Positions 17,937 through 27,404 are shown, numbered from the stretch's first letter. The stretch: 64,000 nucleotides of DNA from an uncultured Chloroflexia bacterium (GCA_963707215.1 CAVPPB010000001.1:736001-800000), one strand, 5' to 3'. Notes: generated by a model not told the origin, from the letters alone. Numbers and translations: made by a program.

Positions 17937-18716
17937 TCATCGCCCCTCGTACTCCGGGTCGCGCTTCTCGAGGAAGGACCGGGCCCCCTCCAGCAGGTCG
18001 TCGGTCGCGAAGATGCGGACCGACGCCTCGAGCTCCTCGGCCAGGCCGGTGCCGAGGTCCGTCTCGGTCGCCAGCGCCAGCAGGCGCTTGGCCTCGCGGA
18101 CGGCCAGCGGGCCACGCTCGGCGATCCCGCTGCCGACCCCGCGCGCCCGCTCGATCGCCATGCCGGCGGGGACGACCTCGTGGACCAGCCCGATCGCGAG
18201 GGCCTCGTCGGCGGTCAGCACGCGGCCGGTCAGGATGAGCTCGCGGGCCCGGGCCGATCCCACGACCCGTGGCAACCGCTGGGTCCCGCCGGCACCGGGG
18301 ATGACCGCCAGCCGCACCTCCGGCAGCCCGAGCCGGGCCCGCTCCGAGGCGACCCGGATGTCGCAGGCCAGGGCCAGCTCGAGCCCGCCGCCCAGGGCGT
18401 TGCCCTCGATGGCGGCGATCGTCGGCATCGGCAGGTCGGCCAGGCGCGTCGAGACGCGCGCCTCGAAGGCGAGGCGGTCCCGCCCGCCAGGGCCGCGAGT
18501 CGCCTCGAACTCGCCGACGTGCGAGCCGGCCGAGAAGGCCCGCTCCCCGCTGCCGGACACGACGACCGCCCGGACGTCGCCGGGAGCCGCCGCCTCCAGG
18601 GTCGCCAGGGCGGCGTCGAGCTCGACGAGGAGCTCGGGCGTGACGAGGTTGAGCGGCGGGTTCACGAGCTCCAGATGGGCGACCCGCCCGAGCTCCAGCG
18701 CCACGAGGCCGCTCAC
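17937..18716 (-). CDS. Enoyl-CoA hydratase/isomerase
   Basis: AFSAG, GNALGGGLELALACDIR, GLPEVRL, PGAGGTQRLPR. Confidence 0.92.
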   Translation of the reverse strand: MSGLVALELGRVAHLELVNPPLNLVTPELLVELDAALATLEAAAPGDVRAVVVSGSGERAFSAGSHVGEFEATRGPGGRDRLAFEARVSTRLADLPMPTIAAIEGNALGGGLELALACDIRVASERARLGLPEVRLAVIPGAGGTQRLPRVVGSARARELILTGRVLTADEALAIGLVHEVVPAGMAIERARGVGSGIAERGPLAVREAKRLLALATETDLGTGLAEELEASVRIFATDDLLEGARSFLEKRDPEYEGR

Positions 18717-20329
18717 GAGGCGCTCCCTGGCCCGGCCGACCCGCCCGCCTCGTCGGCGATCCCGTGCGCCGCGGCGCGCCTCGCGAAGTCCTTCGCCAGG
18801 CCCATCGGACCAGCGGCGTAGAGGCGGCGGTCCATCTCCTTGAGGTCGTCGGCGACCCGTGGCCTGAAGCCCATCTGCCCCAGGACGTCCTGCTCCACGT
18901 CGATCCCCGGCGCGACCTCGATGAGGATGAGGCCGTCGTCGGCGAGCCCGAAGACCGCCCGGTCGGTGATATAGCGGACCTGCTGGCCGCGCTCCCGGGC
19001 GAGGTGGCCGTTGAACGAGATCTCCCGCACCTGGGGCACGAACTTGTGGAGGCTGCCCTCCTGGACGATCCGGACGCCGCCGTCGACCTCGAGCCGCAGG
19101 CCCTGGGCGGTCAGCGTGCCGACGAAGTTGATGCGCGGGGTCCGGGCGCTGATGTTCGGGAAGCCGCCCGGGCCGCGGACCCGACCCTCGAAGGCGTGGA
19201 CGTTGACGTTGCCGTGGGCGTCCACCTCGGCGAACGAGAGGCTGGCGATGTCGAGCCCGCCGCCATCGTAGAAGTCGAACATGTAGGGCTGGTCGATCAT
19301 CGCCTGGTAGTTGAAGCCGGCCCCACCCTCGTTGCCGGCGACCGGGACGCCACCGAAGATGCCCTGCTCGACGGTCAGGACGAGCTGGTCGGTGATGCCC
19401 TCCTCCCAGGCGACCCGGCCGATCAGCTGGCTGATCCCGAAGCCCAGGTTGCAGATGGCCCCGGGCGGGAACTCGAGGAGCGAGCGGCGGGCGATGAGCT
19501 TGCGGACGTCGAGGGGCAGGGGCGGCTCGTCGGTGACCGGCTTGCGGAGCCTGCCCGCGTAGTACGGCGAATCCTGGGTGATGTACGTCTGCCACTGGTC
19601 GGGATCGACGTAGACAGCGTCGACCAGGGCGGCCGGGACCCTGACGTCGCGGGCCGGCAGGCTGCCCCGGCGGGCCAGCTGGCGGACCTGGGCGATGACG
19701 AGGCCACCGCTGTTCCGGGCCGCCATGGCCATCGCGAGCATCTCGCCCTGGACCGCCTCGCCCTCCATCGTGATGTTGCCGTCCTCGTCGGCGGTCGTGC
19801 CGCGGATGACGGCGACGTCGATCGGGAAGGCATGGAAGAGGAGCCACTCCTCGCCGCGCAGGCTGACGACCTCGACGAGTTCCTCGGTCGTGATCGCGTT
19901 CTGCTTGCCGCCGGTCTGGCGCGGGTCGACGTAGGTGCCCAACCCGACGTGGGTGACCAGGCCGGGACGGCCGGCGGCGATCTCGCGGACGAGCTGGCTC
20001 AGGACGCCCTGAGGGAACGAGTAGGCCTCCAGCTCGTTCGCCTCGACGAGCGCTCCCAGGCGCGGCTCGTTGCCGATGTTGCTGCCGATCGTCCGGCGCT
20101 GGAGGCCGGGAAGGCCCAGCTGGGAGAAGCCCCGGTCGGCGAAGTCGCCGATGCCGACGATCCGCACCGTCGTCAGGTCTCGCGGTCGGCCCTCCGCCGC
20201 GTAGACCGCGGCCAGCTCGTCGATGAAGCGCTGGGGCAGAGCATGGCCGGCGCCGGAGCCGCCGATGAGGACCGTGGCCCCGTCGCGGACCAGGCCGACG
20301 GCCTCGCGGACGCTGACGACCTTGGTCAC
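18713..20329 (-). CDS. Acyl-CoA:acetate/3-ketoacid CoA transferase (YdiF/propionate CoA-transferase type)
   Basis: HVGLGTYVDPR, RGTTADEDGN, NLGFGI, catalytic VEQG, FYDGGGLD, GGFPNIS. Confidence 0.9.
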   Translation of the reverse strand: MTKVVSVREAVGLVRDGATVLIGGSGAGHALPQRFIDELAAVYAAEGRPRDLTTVRIVGIGDFADRGFSQLGLPGLQRRTIGSNIGNEPRLGALVEANELEAYSFPQGVLSQLVREIAAGRPGLVTHVGLGTYVDPRQTGGKQNAITTEELVEVVSLRGEEWLLFHAFPIDVAVIRGTTADEDGNITMEGEAVQGEMLAMAMAARNSGGLVIAQVRQLARRGSLPARDVRVPAALVDAVYVDPDQWQTYITQDSPYYAGRLRKPVTDEPPLPLDVRKLIARRSLLEFPPGAICNLGFGISQLIGRVAWEEGITDQLVLTVEQGIFGGVPVAGNEGGAGFNYQAMIDQPYMFDFYDGGGLDIASLSFAEVDAHGNVNVHAFEGRVRGPGGFPNISARTPRINFVGTLTAQGLRLEVDGGVRIVQEGSLHKFVPQVREISFNGHLARERGQQVRYITDRAVFGLADDGLILIEVAPGIDVEQDVLGQMGFRPRVADDLKEMDRRLYAAGPMGLAKDFARRAAAHGIADEAGGSAGPGSAS

Positions 20330-21120
20330 GGCATGTACCCCCCGGCGTTCGGATTGAGGGTCTGGCCGAGGAACAGCGACGCCCGGTCGGTCAGCAGGAA
20401 GACGACCGCGTCGGCGACCTCGTCGGCCCGACCGTAACGGCCCAGGGGCATGTCCCGCAGCCGCCGCCGGCCCTCCTCGCTCTCGACGAGCTCGGTCGTC
20501 ATCTCGGTGACCGTCATGCCCGGCGCGACGGCATTGAGCCGGATGCCCTGTGGCCCGAACTCGCGGGCCAGGGCCCGGGTCAGGCCGATGAGGCCGGCCT
20601 TGGCCGCACTGTAGGCGGCGGTCTCTGCGATGCCCATCTGGCCCAACCGCGAGGCGACGTTGACGATCGCCCCGCCGCCCTGCTGGAGCATCGGCGGGAT
20701 GGCCGCCCGGCAGGTGTGGAAGGCGGCCGTCAGGTCGGTCCGGAGGACCTCGTCCCAGTCGGCCGGGTCGATGTCGAGGAACGGTCCGACCTGGGTCCGG
20801 CCGGCGTTGTTCACGAGGCCGTCGATCCGCCCGAAGCGCTCGACGACCCGCCCCACCAGCGCCTCGGCCTGGGACCCGTCGGCGAGGTCGGCCTGGAACG
20901 CCTCCCCCTCGGAGCCGGCCTCGCGCACGCGCGCGAGCGTCCGCTGGGCCCCCTCGGCCGAGGTCCGGTAGTGGACCGCGACCGCGGCCCCCTCGGCCGC
21001 CGCCTTGGCTGCGACCTCCGCCCCGATCCCCCGGCCGCTTCCGGTGACGAGGACGACCCGGCCGGCCAGCTCGCGGCCGGCCACGGTCCGCTCGCGACCC
21101 GTGGCGGGAGTGGCGCCCAT
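20326..21120 (-). CDS. SDR-family oxidoreductase (FabG-like)
   Basis: TGSGRGIG, NNAG, YSAAKAG, NAVAPG. Confidence 0.92.
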   Translation of the reverse strand: MGATPATGRERTVAGRELAGRVVLVTGSGRGIGAEVAAKAAAEGAAVAVHYRTSAEGAQRTLARVREAGSEGEAFQADLADGSQAEALVGRVVERFGRIDGLVNNAGRTQVGPFLDIDPADWDEVLRTDLTAAFHTCRAAIPPMLQQGGGAIVNVASRLGQMGIAETAAYSAAKAGLIGLTRALAREFGPQGIRLNAVAPGMTVTEMTTELVESEEGRRRLRDMPLGRYGRADEVADAVVFLLTDRASLFLGQTLNPNAGGYMP

Positions 21121-22055
21121 CAGGACCGGCCCGCCGTGGCCGGCGCCAGACCGGCGGCATCCAGGGCGGCCCGGATCGCCGCCGTCTCGTCCTCGGAGAT
21201 GGGCAGCAGCGGCGGTCGCATGACCGTGCTCTCGATGACCCCGAGCTCCCGGAGGGCGACCTTGGTCCGGGCCCGGTAGTCGCGGACCGGTGGCCCGTAG
21301 ACGACCTCCTCGAGCGGAAGGATCCGCTCCCAGATCGCCCGCGCCTCGTCCCAGCGACCCTCGCGAGTGAGCCGGACCATCTCGACCTGGAGGTCGGTGG
21401 CGAGCGTCCCGAAGCCGATGAGGGCCCCCTCGGCGCCCATGACGAACGACTCGTAGATGAAGTTGTCGTCGCCGGTCAGAAGGGCGATCGGCCGCTCCAG
21501 GCGCTCGATCATCCGCCGGGTCCGCAGGTAGAGCAGGGCGTCGAAGCTCGCCTCCTTGAGGGCGACGACGCTGTCGATGGCGGCGATCCGCCGGAGCGTC
21601 TCCTCGTTGAAGATGACCCCGCCCAGGGCCGGCTGGAGCTGGAAGGCGATGAGCGGCAGCCCGCAGCCCCGGGCGACCGCCTCGTGGTAGGCGACCGGGA
21701 TGGCCGGGTCGAGCGGGGTGCCCTGGTAGGCCGGGATCGGGAAGACGAGGAGCGCCCGAGCGCCGGCCCCCTCGGCCCGCTTGGCCTCCTCGACCGCCTG
21801 CTCGGTGAACTGGGCGGACAGCCCGGCGACGACCGGGACCTCGCCGGCCTCCTCGACGGCGACCCGGAGGACCCGCTCGCGCTCCTCGGGCCAGAGGTGG
21901 GGGCCCTCGCCGGTGTCGGCGTTGATGGCCAGCGCCACCGGCCCCTGGGGCAGCAGCCATCGGAGGTAGCGCCGGTAGGCGGCCTCGTCGAAGCGGGCGT
22001 CGGCGTCGAGGGTGACGATGCAGGCCGGGATGATGCCGTTGAGGTCGAGGCTCAT
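21120..22055 (-). CDS. DapA/NAL-family aldolase/dehydratase
   Basis: GIIPA, NADTGEG, VPVVAG, Schiff-base Lys in VVALKEAS, LTGDD. Confidence 0.88.
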   Translation of the reverse strand: MSLDLNGIIPACIVTLDADARFDEAAYRRYLRWLLPQGPVALAINADTGEGPHLWPEERERVLRVAVEEAGEVPVVAGLSAQFTEQAVEEAKRAEGAGARALLVFPIPAYQGTPLDPAIPVAYHEAVARGCGLPLIAFQLQPALGGVIFNEETLRRIAAIDSVVALKEASFDALLYLRTRRMIERLERPIALLTGDDNFIYESFVMGAEGALIGFGTLATDLQVEMVRLTREGRWDEARAIWERILPLEEVVYGPPVRDYRARTKVALRELGVIESTVMRPPLLPISEDETAAIRAALDAAGLAPATAGRS

Positions 22056-23233
22056 GAGGTCCCCTTCAGGCTAGTGAGGTTCGGGTCGGCGATCGAGGGG
22101 GCGCGCTGCGCGGCCGGGCCGCGGTCCGGCCCGTCCGCCGTTGCGCTGACGGGCATCGCAAGCGAAGGAGCGGCGGCATCCTGACCCGCCGGTGATCGGC
22201 GGAGCTCCACTGGTACGGCCGGCGGCGGCGCCGTCGAGTCGCGAAGGACGACCTCGGTCGGCATGACCTCGTGGACGGCCCGTTCTCCGGCCAGCTGGCG
22301 CTCGAGGCAGGCGAAGCCGCGGCGGCCAAGCTCGCGGAGCGGCAGCCGGACGGAAGACAGGCTCGGGGCGGTCAGCGCTGCCATCGCGATGTCGTCGAAG
22401 CCGGCGACCGAGACGTCGCCCGGGACGTCGATGCCGAGCTCGGCCAGTCGTCCGAGTGCGCCGAGGGCGAGCAGGTCGTTGGCGCAGGCGATGGCCGTGA
22501 ACGGCGCCTCCCCGGCCAGCAGCCTGTCGACCCCGCGGGCGCCGGCCTCGCGGTCGAAGCCCGCACCGACGACCAGCCGCTCGTCGAACTCGAGTCCGGC
22601 ATCGGCCAGGCCTTGCCGGTAGCCGGCCAGCCGGGCCCGGGCCACGAACAGCCGTTCCGGGCCGGCGAGGAAGGCGAGCCGTCGATGGCCCAGGCCGACC
22701 AGGGCGGCGACCATCGCCGCGATCCCGGCGGTGTTGTCGACGCTGATCTCCGGCTCGCCGACGGCCGGCGGCGAGAGCCGGACGACCGCCGCCCCGTAGG
22801 CAAGCATCCCCTCGAGGTGCCTGCCCAGCTCGAGGTTGGCCGCCGGGTCGTCCAGGCCGCTGCCGGCGAAGATCACCCCGGCCGCCCGCATCGAGCGGAG
22901 CAGCCGGACGTAGGAGCTCTCCCGCTGGCCGTCGCGGTCCGAGCTGCAGGTGATGACCAGGTAGCCACCGGGTGTCGCGGCGTCCTCGACGCCCCGGACG
23001 ACCTCGGCGAAGTACGGGTCGGTGATGTCGTGGACGATCACCCCGACGACCGGGATCCGGCTGGCCAGCAGCCCCCGGGCGAGCGCGTTGGGGACGTAGT
23101 CCAGCGCGGCGGCCGCCTCGAGGACCCGCTCCCGGGTGGCCGGGCTGACCGGGTAGTCGGTCTCGGACACGACGCGCGAGGCCGTCGCGGTCGAGACCCC
23201 GGCCAGGCGGGCGACCTCGGTGATCGATGCCAT
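22052..23233 (-). CDS. LacI-family transcriptional regulator
   Basis: SITEVARLAGVSTATASRV HTH, YVPNALARGL, NDLLALG, DVSVAGFDD. Confidence 0.95.
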   Translation of the reverse strand: MASITEVARLAGVSTATASRVVSETDYPVSPATRERVLEAAAALDYVPNALARGLLASRIPVVGVIVHDITDPYFAEVVRGVEDAATPGGYLVITCSSDRDGQRESSYVRLLRSMRAAGVIFAGSGLDDPAANLELGRHLEGMLAYGAAVVRLSPPAVGEPEISVDNTAGIAAMVAALVGLGHRRLAFLAGPERLFVARARLAGYRQGLADAGLEFDERLVVGAGFDREAGARGVDRLLAGEAPFTAIACANDLLALGALGRLAELGIDVPGDVSVAGFDDIAMAALTAPSLSSVRLPLRELGRRGFACLERQLAGERAVHEVMPTEVVLRDSTAPPPAVPVELRRSPAGQDAAAPSLAMPVSATADGPDRGPAAQRAPSIADPNLTSLKGTS

Positions 23234-23243
23234 GTCGGTCGGC

Positions 23244-24710
23244 TCAGTACGGGAACGGGAACGACTTGGGGTCGTCGCGGACCGTGACCCATTGCCACTC
23301 GGTGAACTCGTCGAGGTTCGCGGCCCCGCCGAAGCGGCCGCCGTTGCCGGACGCGCCCATCCCGCCGAAGGGGATGACCGCCTCGTCGTTCACCGTCTGG
23401 TCGTTGACGTGGACCATGCCCGAGCGGATCCGCTGGGCGAGGGCGAGGCCGCGCGAGACCGACCGCGAGTAGACCGCCCCGCTGAGCCCGTACTCACTGT
23501 CGTTGGCCAGCGCCAGGGCCTCCTCGTCGGTGTCGAAGACGACGACCGGCGCGACCGGCCCGAACGTCTCGTCGGTCCAGGCCGGCAGGTCGGTCGTGAC
23601 GTCGGCCAGGACCGTGGGCCGGTAGAAGAGCCCCTCGTGGGTCCCGCCGATGACGAGGCGCGCGCCGCCCTCGACGGAGCGCTGGACGATGCCGTCGACC
23701 CGGGCCAGCTGCTTCTCGTTGACGATGGGGCCCAGGTCCACCTCCTCGCGGAACGGGTCGCCGAGCCGGAGGCGGGCCGCCTTCTCGGTCAGCAGCTCGA
23801 CGTAGCGGTCGGCGACGCTCCGGTGGACGACGTGGCGGCCGGTCGCGAAGCAGACCTGGCCCTGGAACTGGAACGAGGCGTAGGCCCCGGCCGAGGCAGC
23901 CGCCTCGAGGTCGGCGTCGTCGAGGACGACCAGGGCGTTGTTGCCGCCGAGCTCCAGCGAGACCTTCTTGAGGAGCCGCCCGGACAGCTCGCCGACGCGG
24001 CGCCCGGCCTCCGTGGAGCCGGTGAACGAGACCCGGGTCACGTTGGGGTCGGTGACGATCGCCTCGCCGACGTCGGCCCCGCCCAGGACGACCTGGAGGA
24101 GCCCGTCGGGCAGGCCCGCCTCCCTGAAGACCGCCGCGAACATCGCCCCGCCGCAGACCGGGGTCTGGGGGTCGGGCTTGAGGACGACCGCGTTGCCCAG
24201 GGCCAGAGCCGGCGCGACGACCCGCATCCCCAGGACGCTGGGGGAGTTCCAGGGGGTGATCGCCCCGATGACCCCGGCCGGGATCCGGCGGACCATCGAC
24301 AGCCGCCCCGGCGAGACCGTCGGCACGAGCGAGCCGTACGGCTGGGACGGCATCGTGGAGGCGTTGTGGATCTCGGCGATCGTGAAGTTCTGCTCGTGGT
24401 GCATCTTGTTGTAGACGGCACCGGTCTCCCGCTGCGTCCACGAGCCGAACTCGTCGCGATGGGCCTCGTAGATGTCGGCCGCCCGGCGGAGGATCCGGGC
24501 CCGCTCCGTGTAGGGGGTCTCGGCCCAGGCCGGCTGGGCGGCGGCGGCGGCCGCGGCGGCCCGGGCGACGTCCTCGACCGTCGACTGTGGCAGGGCCAGG
24601 AGGGGCAGGCCGGAGGCCGGCTCGCGGGTCTCCCGCGGCTCGCCCGTGCCCGGGCGCCACTCGGCGAGGAACGGGTCCAGCCAGCTGGTGGCCGGAGCGG
24701 TGGTGGTCAT
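23244..24710 (-). CDS. Aldehyde dehydrogenase (benzaldehyde DH-like)
   Basis: ITPWN, FTGSTEAG, LELGGNN, catalytic QGQVC, ETFGPV, PFGG. Confidence 0.93.
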   Translation of the reverse strand: MTTTAPATSWLDPFLAEWRPGTGEPRETREPASGLPLLALPQSTVEDVARAAAAAAAAQPAWAETPYTERARILRRAADIYEAHRDEFGSWTQRETGAVYNKMHHEQNFTIAEIHNASTMPSQPYGSLVPTVSPGRLSMVRRIPAGVIGAITPWNSPSVLGMRVVAPALALGNAVVLKPDPQTPVCGGAMFAAVFREAGLPDGLLQVVLGGADVGEAIVTDPNVTRVSFTGSTEAGRRVGELSGRLLKKVSLELGGNNALVVLDDADLEAAASAGAYASFQFQGQVCFATGRHVVHRSVADRYVELLTEKAARLRLGDPFREEVDLGPIVNEKQLARVDGIVQRSVEGGARLVIGGTHEGLFYRPTVLADVTTDLPAWTDETFGPVAPVVVFDTDEEALALANDSEYGLSGAVYSRSVSRGLALAQRIRSGMVHVNDQTVNDEAVIPFGGMGASGNGGRFGGAANLDEFTEWQWVTVRDDPKSFPFPY

Positions 24711-24774
24711 GGCATCTCCCGTGGTGCGTGGCGGCGATCCGGCGGCCGTCGGCCGGCAGCCCGACGCCGGGTCG

Positions 24775-25392
24775 TCAGCTCGTCTCGTCCCCGTGCCAGC
24801 TCGGCCGGGGGGCGTACCGGGCCGGGTCGGCAGGCCTGCCCGTCTCGGGGTCCCTCCAGACCGGGCCGCGGGCGAGGACCGGCTCGATGAGCCCCTCCTC
24901 GATGAAGTCCGGGACCTGCCAGGAGTAGATCGTCTTCGCCTCCTGGCCCGGGTAGCCGAGCCGTTCCCGGACGTCCTTGTCGGTGTAATAGCCGAAGACG
25001 ACGGTCGAGACGAGGGCGGAGTGGAGGTCCGGCTCGTCGCGCTCGAGCGCCGCCAGGCGCGCGGCCGGGTCGTCGCCGAGTCCCGGTCGGAGGGCCGCCC
25101 CGAGCGGCTCGATGAGGTCGGGCCGGGACTCCAGGACGAAGCGGATCCGGGCGGCGCCCACGACCTCCCCGGCCGACGGCATCCCGTGGGCCGCCGGGAC
25201 CAGGTGGCCGGCGACCGCGGTGAAGGCAGCCAGCTGGGCCTCGTCGAAGGCCAGCAGCGGGTCGGGTGCCGCGGGCGGCATCGCCGCGCCCGCGACGGTG
25301 GCGGTCCTGGCGGCCTGGACCTGGCTCGTGGCGGCCGCCTCGCTGACGGTGGTCGGATCGATCGGGGTCGTCGTCGGCTCGTCGGGGGTCAT
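24775..25392 (-). CDS. Gluconate 2-dehydrogenase subunit 3-like partner of the GMC oxidoreductase
   Basis: LVPA..GMPSA..FGYY..LGYPG pattern; ATGA overlap with the GMC stop. Confidence 0.65.
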   Translation of the reverse strand: MTPDEPTTTPIDPTTVSEAAATSQVQAARTATVAGAAMPPAAPDPLLAFDEAQLAAFTAVAGHLVPAAHGMPSAGEVVGAARIRFVLESRPDLIEPLGAALRPGLGDDPAARLAALERDEPDLHSALVSTVVFGYYTDKDVRERLGYPGQEAKTIYSWQVPDFIEEGLIEPVLARGPVWRDPETGRPADPARYAPRPSWHGDETS

Positions 25393-27002
25393 GCCGGCAC
25401 CTGCTGGTCGAAACGGGTCTCGACCATGTGGTCGGCGGCCCGCAGGGCGAGGGCGACGATCGTGGAGGTCGGGTTGACGCCGCCGGAGGTGACGAAGGTG
25501 CTGCCGTCGGCGATGTAGAGGTTCGGGACGTCGTGGGCCCGGTTCCATCGATCGACGACCGAGGTCGCCGGGTCGCCGCCCATCCGGGCCGTGCCCAGGA
25601 GGTGCCAGCCGGAGTAGCGCATCAGGGTGTCGACCTCGACCGTGGTGGCGCCGGCTTCCATGAGCAATTCGGTCGCCTTCTGGATGTGGAAGTCGAGCAG
25701 CCGGCGGGAGTTCTCGGAGACCTTGTAGTGGATCTCGGGTGCCGGGATGCCCGACGAGTCCTTGAGGGTCGCCGACAGGCGGACCTGGTTAGCTTCGTCG
25801 GGCAGGTCCTCGCCGAAGAGGCCCCAGTTGGCGCCCTTGCCGAGGTGGGAGCGGACGTGGAGGTGGTGGTCGGGGCCCCAGACCTGGGTCCCGGCCCGGC
25901 TCGGCAGCGCCGCGTTGATGGGGCCGAACGTGGGCGCCAGGCCCCACTTGGCGCCGCGGACGAAGCCGCGCTTCTCGTCGGTCTCGTACCACTCGAACGA
26001 CTCGATCGAGCAGCCGAACTGGCCCTGCCAGGACTCGAGGTCCTCGTCGAAGAGTCCGCCGACGTTGGCGAACGGATGCATCATCAGCCGCTTGCCGACG
26101 AGTCCCGACGAGTTGGCAAGGCCGTCGGGGTGGGTCGGCGAGGCCGAGAGGAGGAGGAGCCGCGTCGTCCCGATGGCGTTGGCGGCCATGACGACGACCT
26201 TCGCCGCCTGGAAGTGCTCCCTGCCGTCGCGATCCACCCAGAGAGCGCCGGTCACGAGGCCCCGGCTGTTCGTCTCCAGGCGGCGGACCCGGGCGCCGGC
26301 GATGAGCCGGGCGCCCAGCGCGATCGCCTTCGGCCAGTGGGTCAGGTCGGCCGAGGCCTTGGCGCCCTCGCTGCAGCCCTGCTGGCACGTGCCGCGCTGG
26401 ACGCAGGGCCGGCGGCCGTCGTACGGGGCGGACAGGATCGAGTTGAACTCCGGCCACCAGTGCCAGCCCAGGCGGGCATGGGCCCGGGCGACCCTGAGCC
26501 CGCCGGGGCCGAGCGGCAGGGGCGGCAGCGGCGGGTCCTCGCCGCCGGGCGGATAGGCCGGGTCGCCGCCCAGGCCCGACACCCCGAACTGGCGGTCGGT
26601 CCGCTCGTAGTAGGGGCGCAGCTCGTGGAAGTCGAGCGGCCAGTCGTCGGCGATCCCGTCGAGCGAGCGGACCCGGAAGTCCGACGGCAGCATCCGCGGC
26701 CAGGCGCCCGCGTAGATGAGCATCGAGCCGCCGACCGCCGAGTACATGAGGGGCGAGATCTCGGCGTCGGTCTCGTCGATCGGGTAGTCCTGGGGAAGCC
26801 CGCGGATGTTCGGGCTGGTAGCCCACTGCTTCCGCATCGTGAGCTCCCAGTCGAGCTCGACGCCGCGGTACTCCGACTTGTCGTGCCAGTCGCCCTGCTC
26901 GAGACAGGTGACCTTGAAGCCGGCCTCGGCCAGGCGCAGGGCGACCACCCCGCCGGAGGCGCCGGCGCCGATGATCAGGACATCCGCGGGTTCCTTGGCC
27001 AA
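25389..27002 (-). CDS. GMC-family oxidoreductase
   Basis: DVLIIGAGASG, CLEQG, VGGS, CVQRGTCQQGC Cys motif, HLLGTARMG, GGVNPT; AAGGAGG RBS before TTG 27002. Confidence 0.93.
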   Translation of the reverse strand: MAKEPADVLIIGAGASGGVVALRLAEAGFKVTCLEQGDWHDKSEYRGVELDWELTMRKQWATSPNIRGLPQDYPIDETDAEISPLMYSAVGGSMLIYAGAWPRMLPSDFRVRSLDGIADDWPLDFHELRPYYERTDRQFGVSGLGGDPAYPPGGEDPPLPPLPLGPGGLRVARAHARLGWHWWPEFNSILSAPYDGRRPCVQRGTCQQGCSEGAKASADLTHWPKAIALGARLIAGARVRRLETNSRGLVTGALWVDRDGREHFQAAKVVVMAANAIGTTRLLLLSASPTHPDGLANSSGLVGKRLMMHPFANVGGLFDEDLESWQGQFGCSIESFEWYETDEKRGFVRGAKWGLAPTFGPINAALPSRAGTQVWGPDHHLHVRSHLGKGANWGLFGEDLPDEANQVRLSATLKDSSGIPAPEIHYKVSENSRRLLDFHIQKATELLMEAGATTVEVDTLMRYSGWHLLGTARMGGDPATSVVDRWNRAHDVPNLYIADGSTFVTSGGVNPTSTIVALALRAADHMVETRFDQQVPA

Positions 27003-27091
27003 GGCTGCCTCCTTCCGTCGGGTCGGCATCGGGGTTCGGGGCGGGGCGGGACGGGGCGGGGGTCGGCGGTGCGGGGCGGCGATCCGTGCCG

Positions 27092-27129
27092 ATAGTAAAG
27101 GTTCTCTGCCGGAGAGTAAAGCTTCTCTG
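27092..27129 (-). promoter_or_regulatory. Probable promoter/operator of the catabolic operon: two AGTAAAG(G/C)TTCTCTG boxes 21 bp apart, overlapping a minus-strand TACTAT -10
   Basis: AT-rich duplicated imperfect palindrome in GC-rich DNA ~90 bp upstream of the first gene; the operon encodes a LacI protein. Confidence 0.6.
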
Positions 27130-27229
27130 TCGCCGGGTGGAGGCGGTCGACGTGCCTGACCGTGGCCTCGCCTGATCACGCGCGCCTGAGCGGGCGCGCC
27201 TGAGCGGGCACGGCGCCTGACAACGCGCC

Positions 27230-27404
27230 GTTCTTCTCGGCTACCAGCCTGGCTGGTGCTATCGAGGACGGATCCGTCAATCACCAGTCCGACTGGTGGT
27301 GTGGAAGGTCCATCGAGCGAGCCGTGCGTGGAGCCGACCGCAACCTGGCCCACGAACGGCGCGGCGCCGGGTTGCCACCAGCCACACTGGTAGGAGCGAA
27401 GAAC
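27230..27404 (+). ncRNA. Candidate structured RNA of unknown family (multi-stem junction with possible pseudoknot)
   Basis: Three-segment terminal stem (GTTCTTC/GAAGAAC, CTACCAG/CTGGTAG, TGGCTGGTG/CACCAGCCA) enclosing four hairpins; G-U wobbles favour the + strand. Confidence 0.5.

Noticed and set aside
15945-21960. Apparent long fusions in the catabolic operon (657, 636, 815 and 544 aa ORFs)
   Set aside because: The N-terminal parts are off-frame read-through of the upstream genes; real starts are at stop/start overlaps.
27259-27380. SAM-I or lysine riboswitch call for the structured RNA
   Set aside because: Has TATCGAG, GTGGAAGG and GCAACC look-alikes but lacks the 3' GAT(A/G) P1 strand of SAM-I and the AGAGG/loop-E features of the lysine riboswitch; left unassigned.
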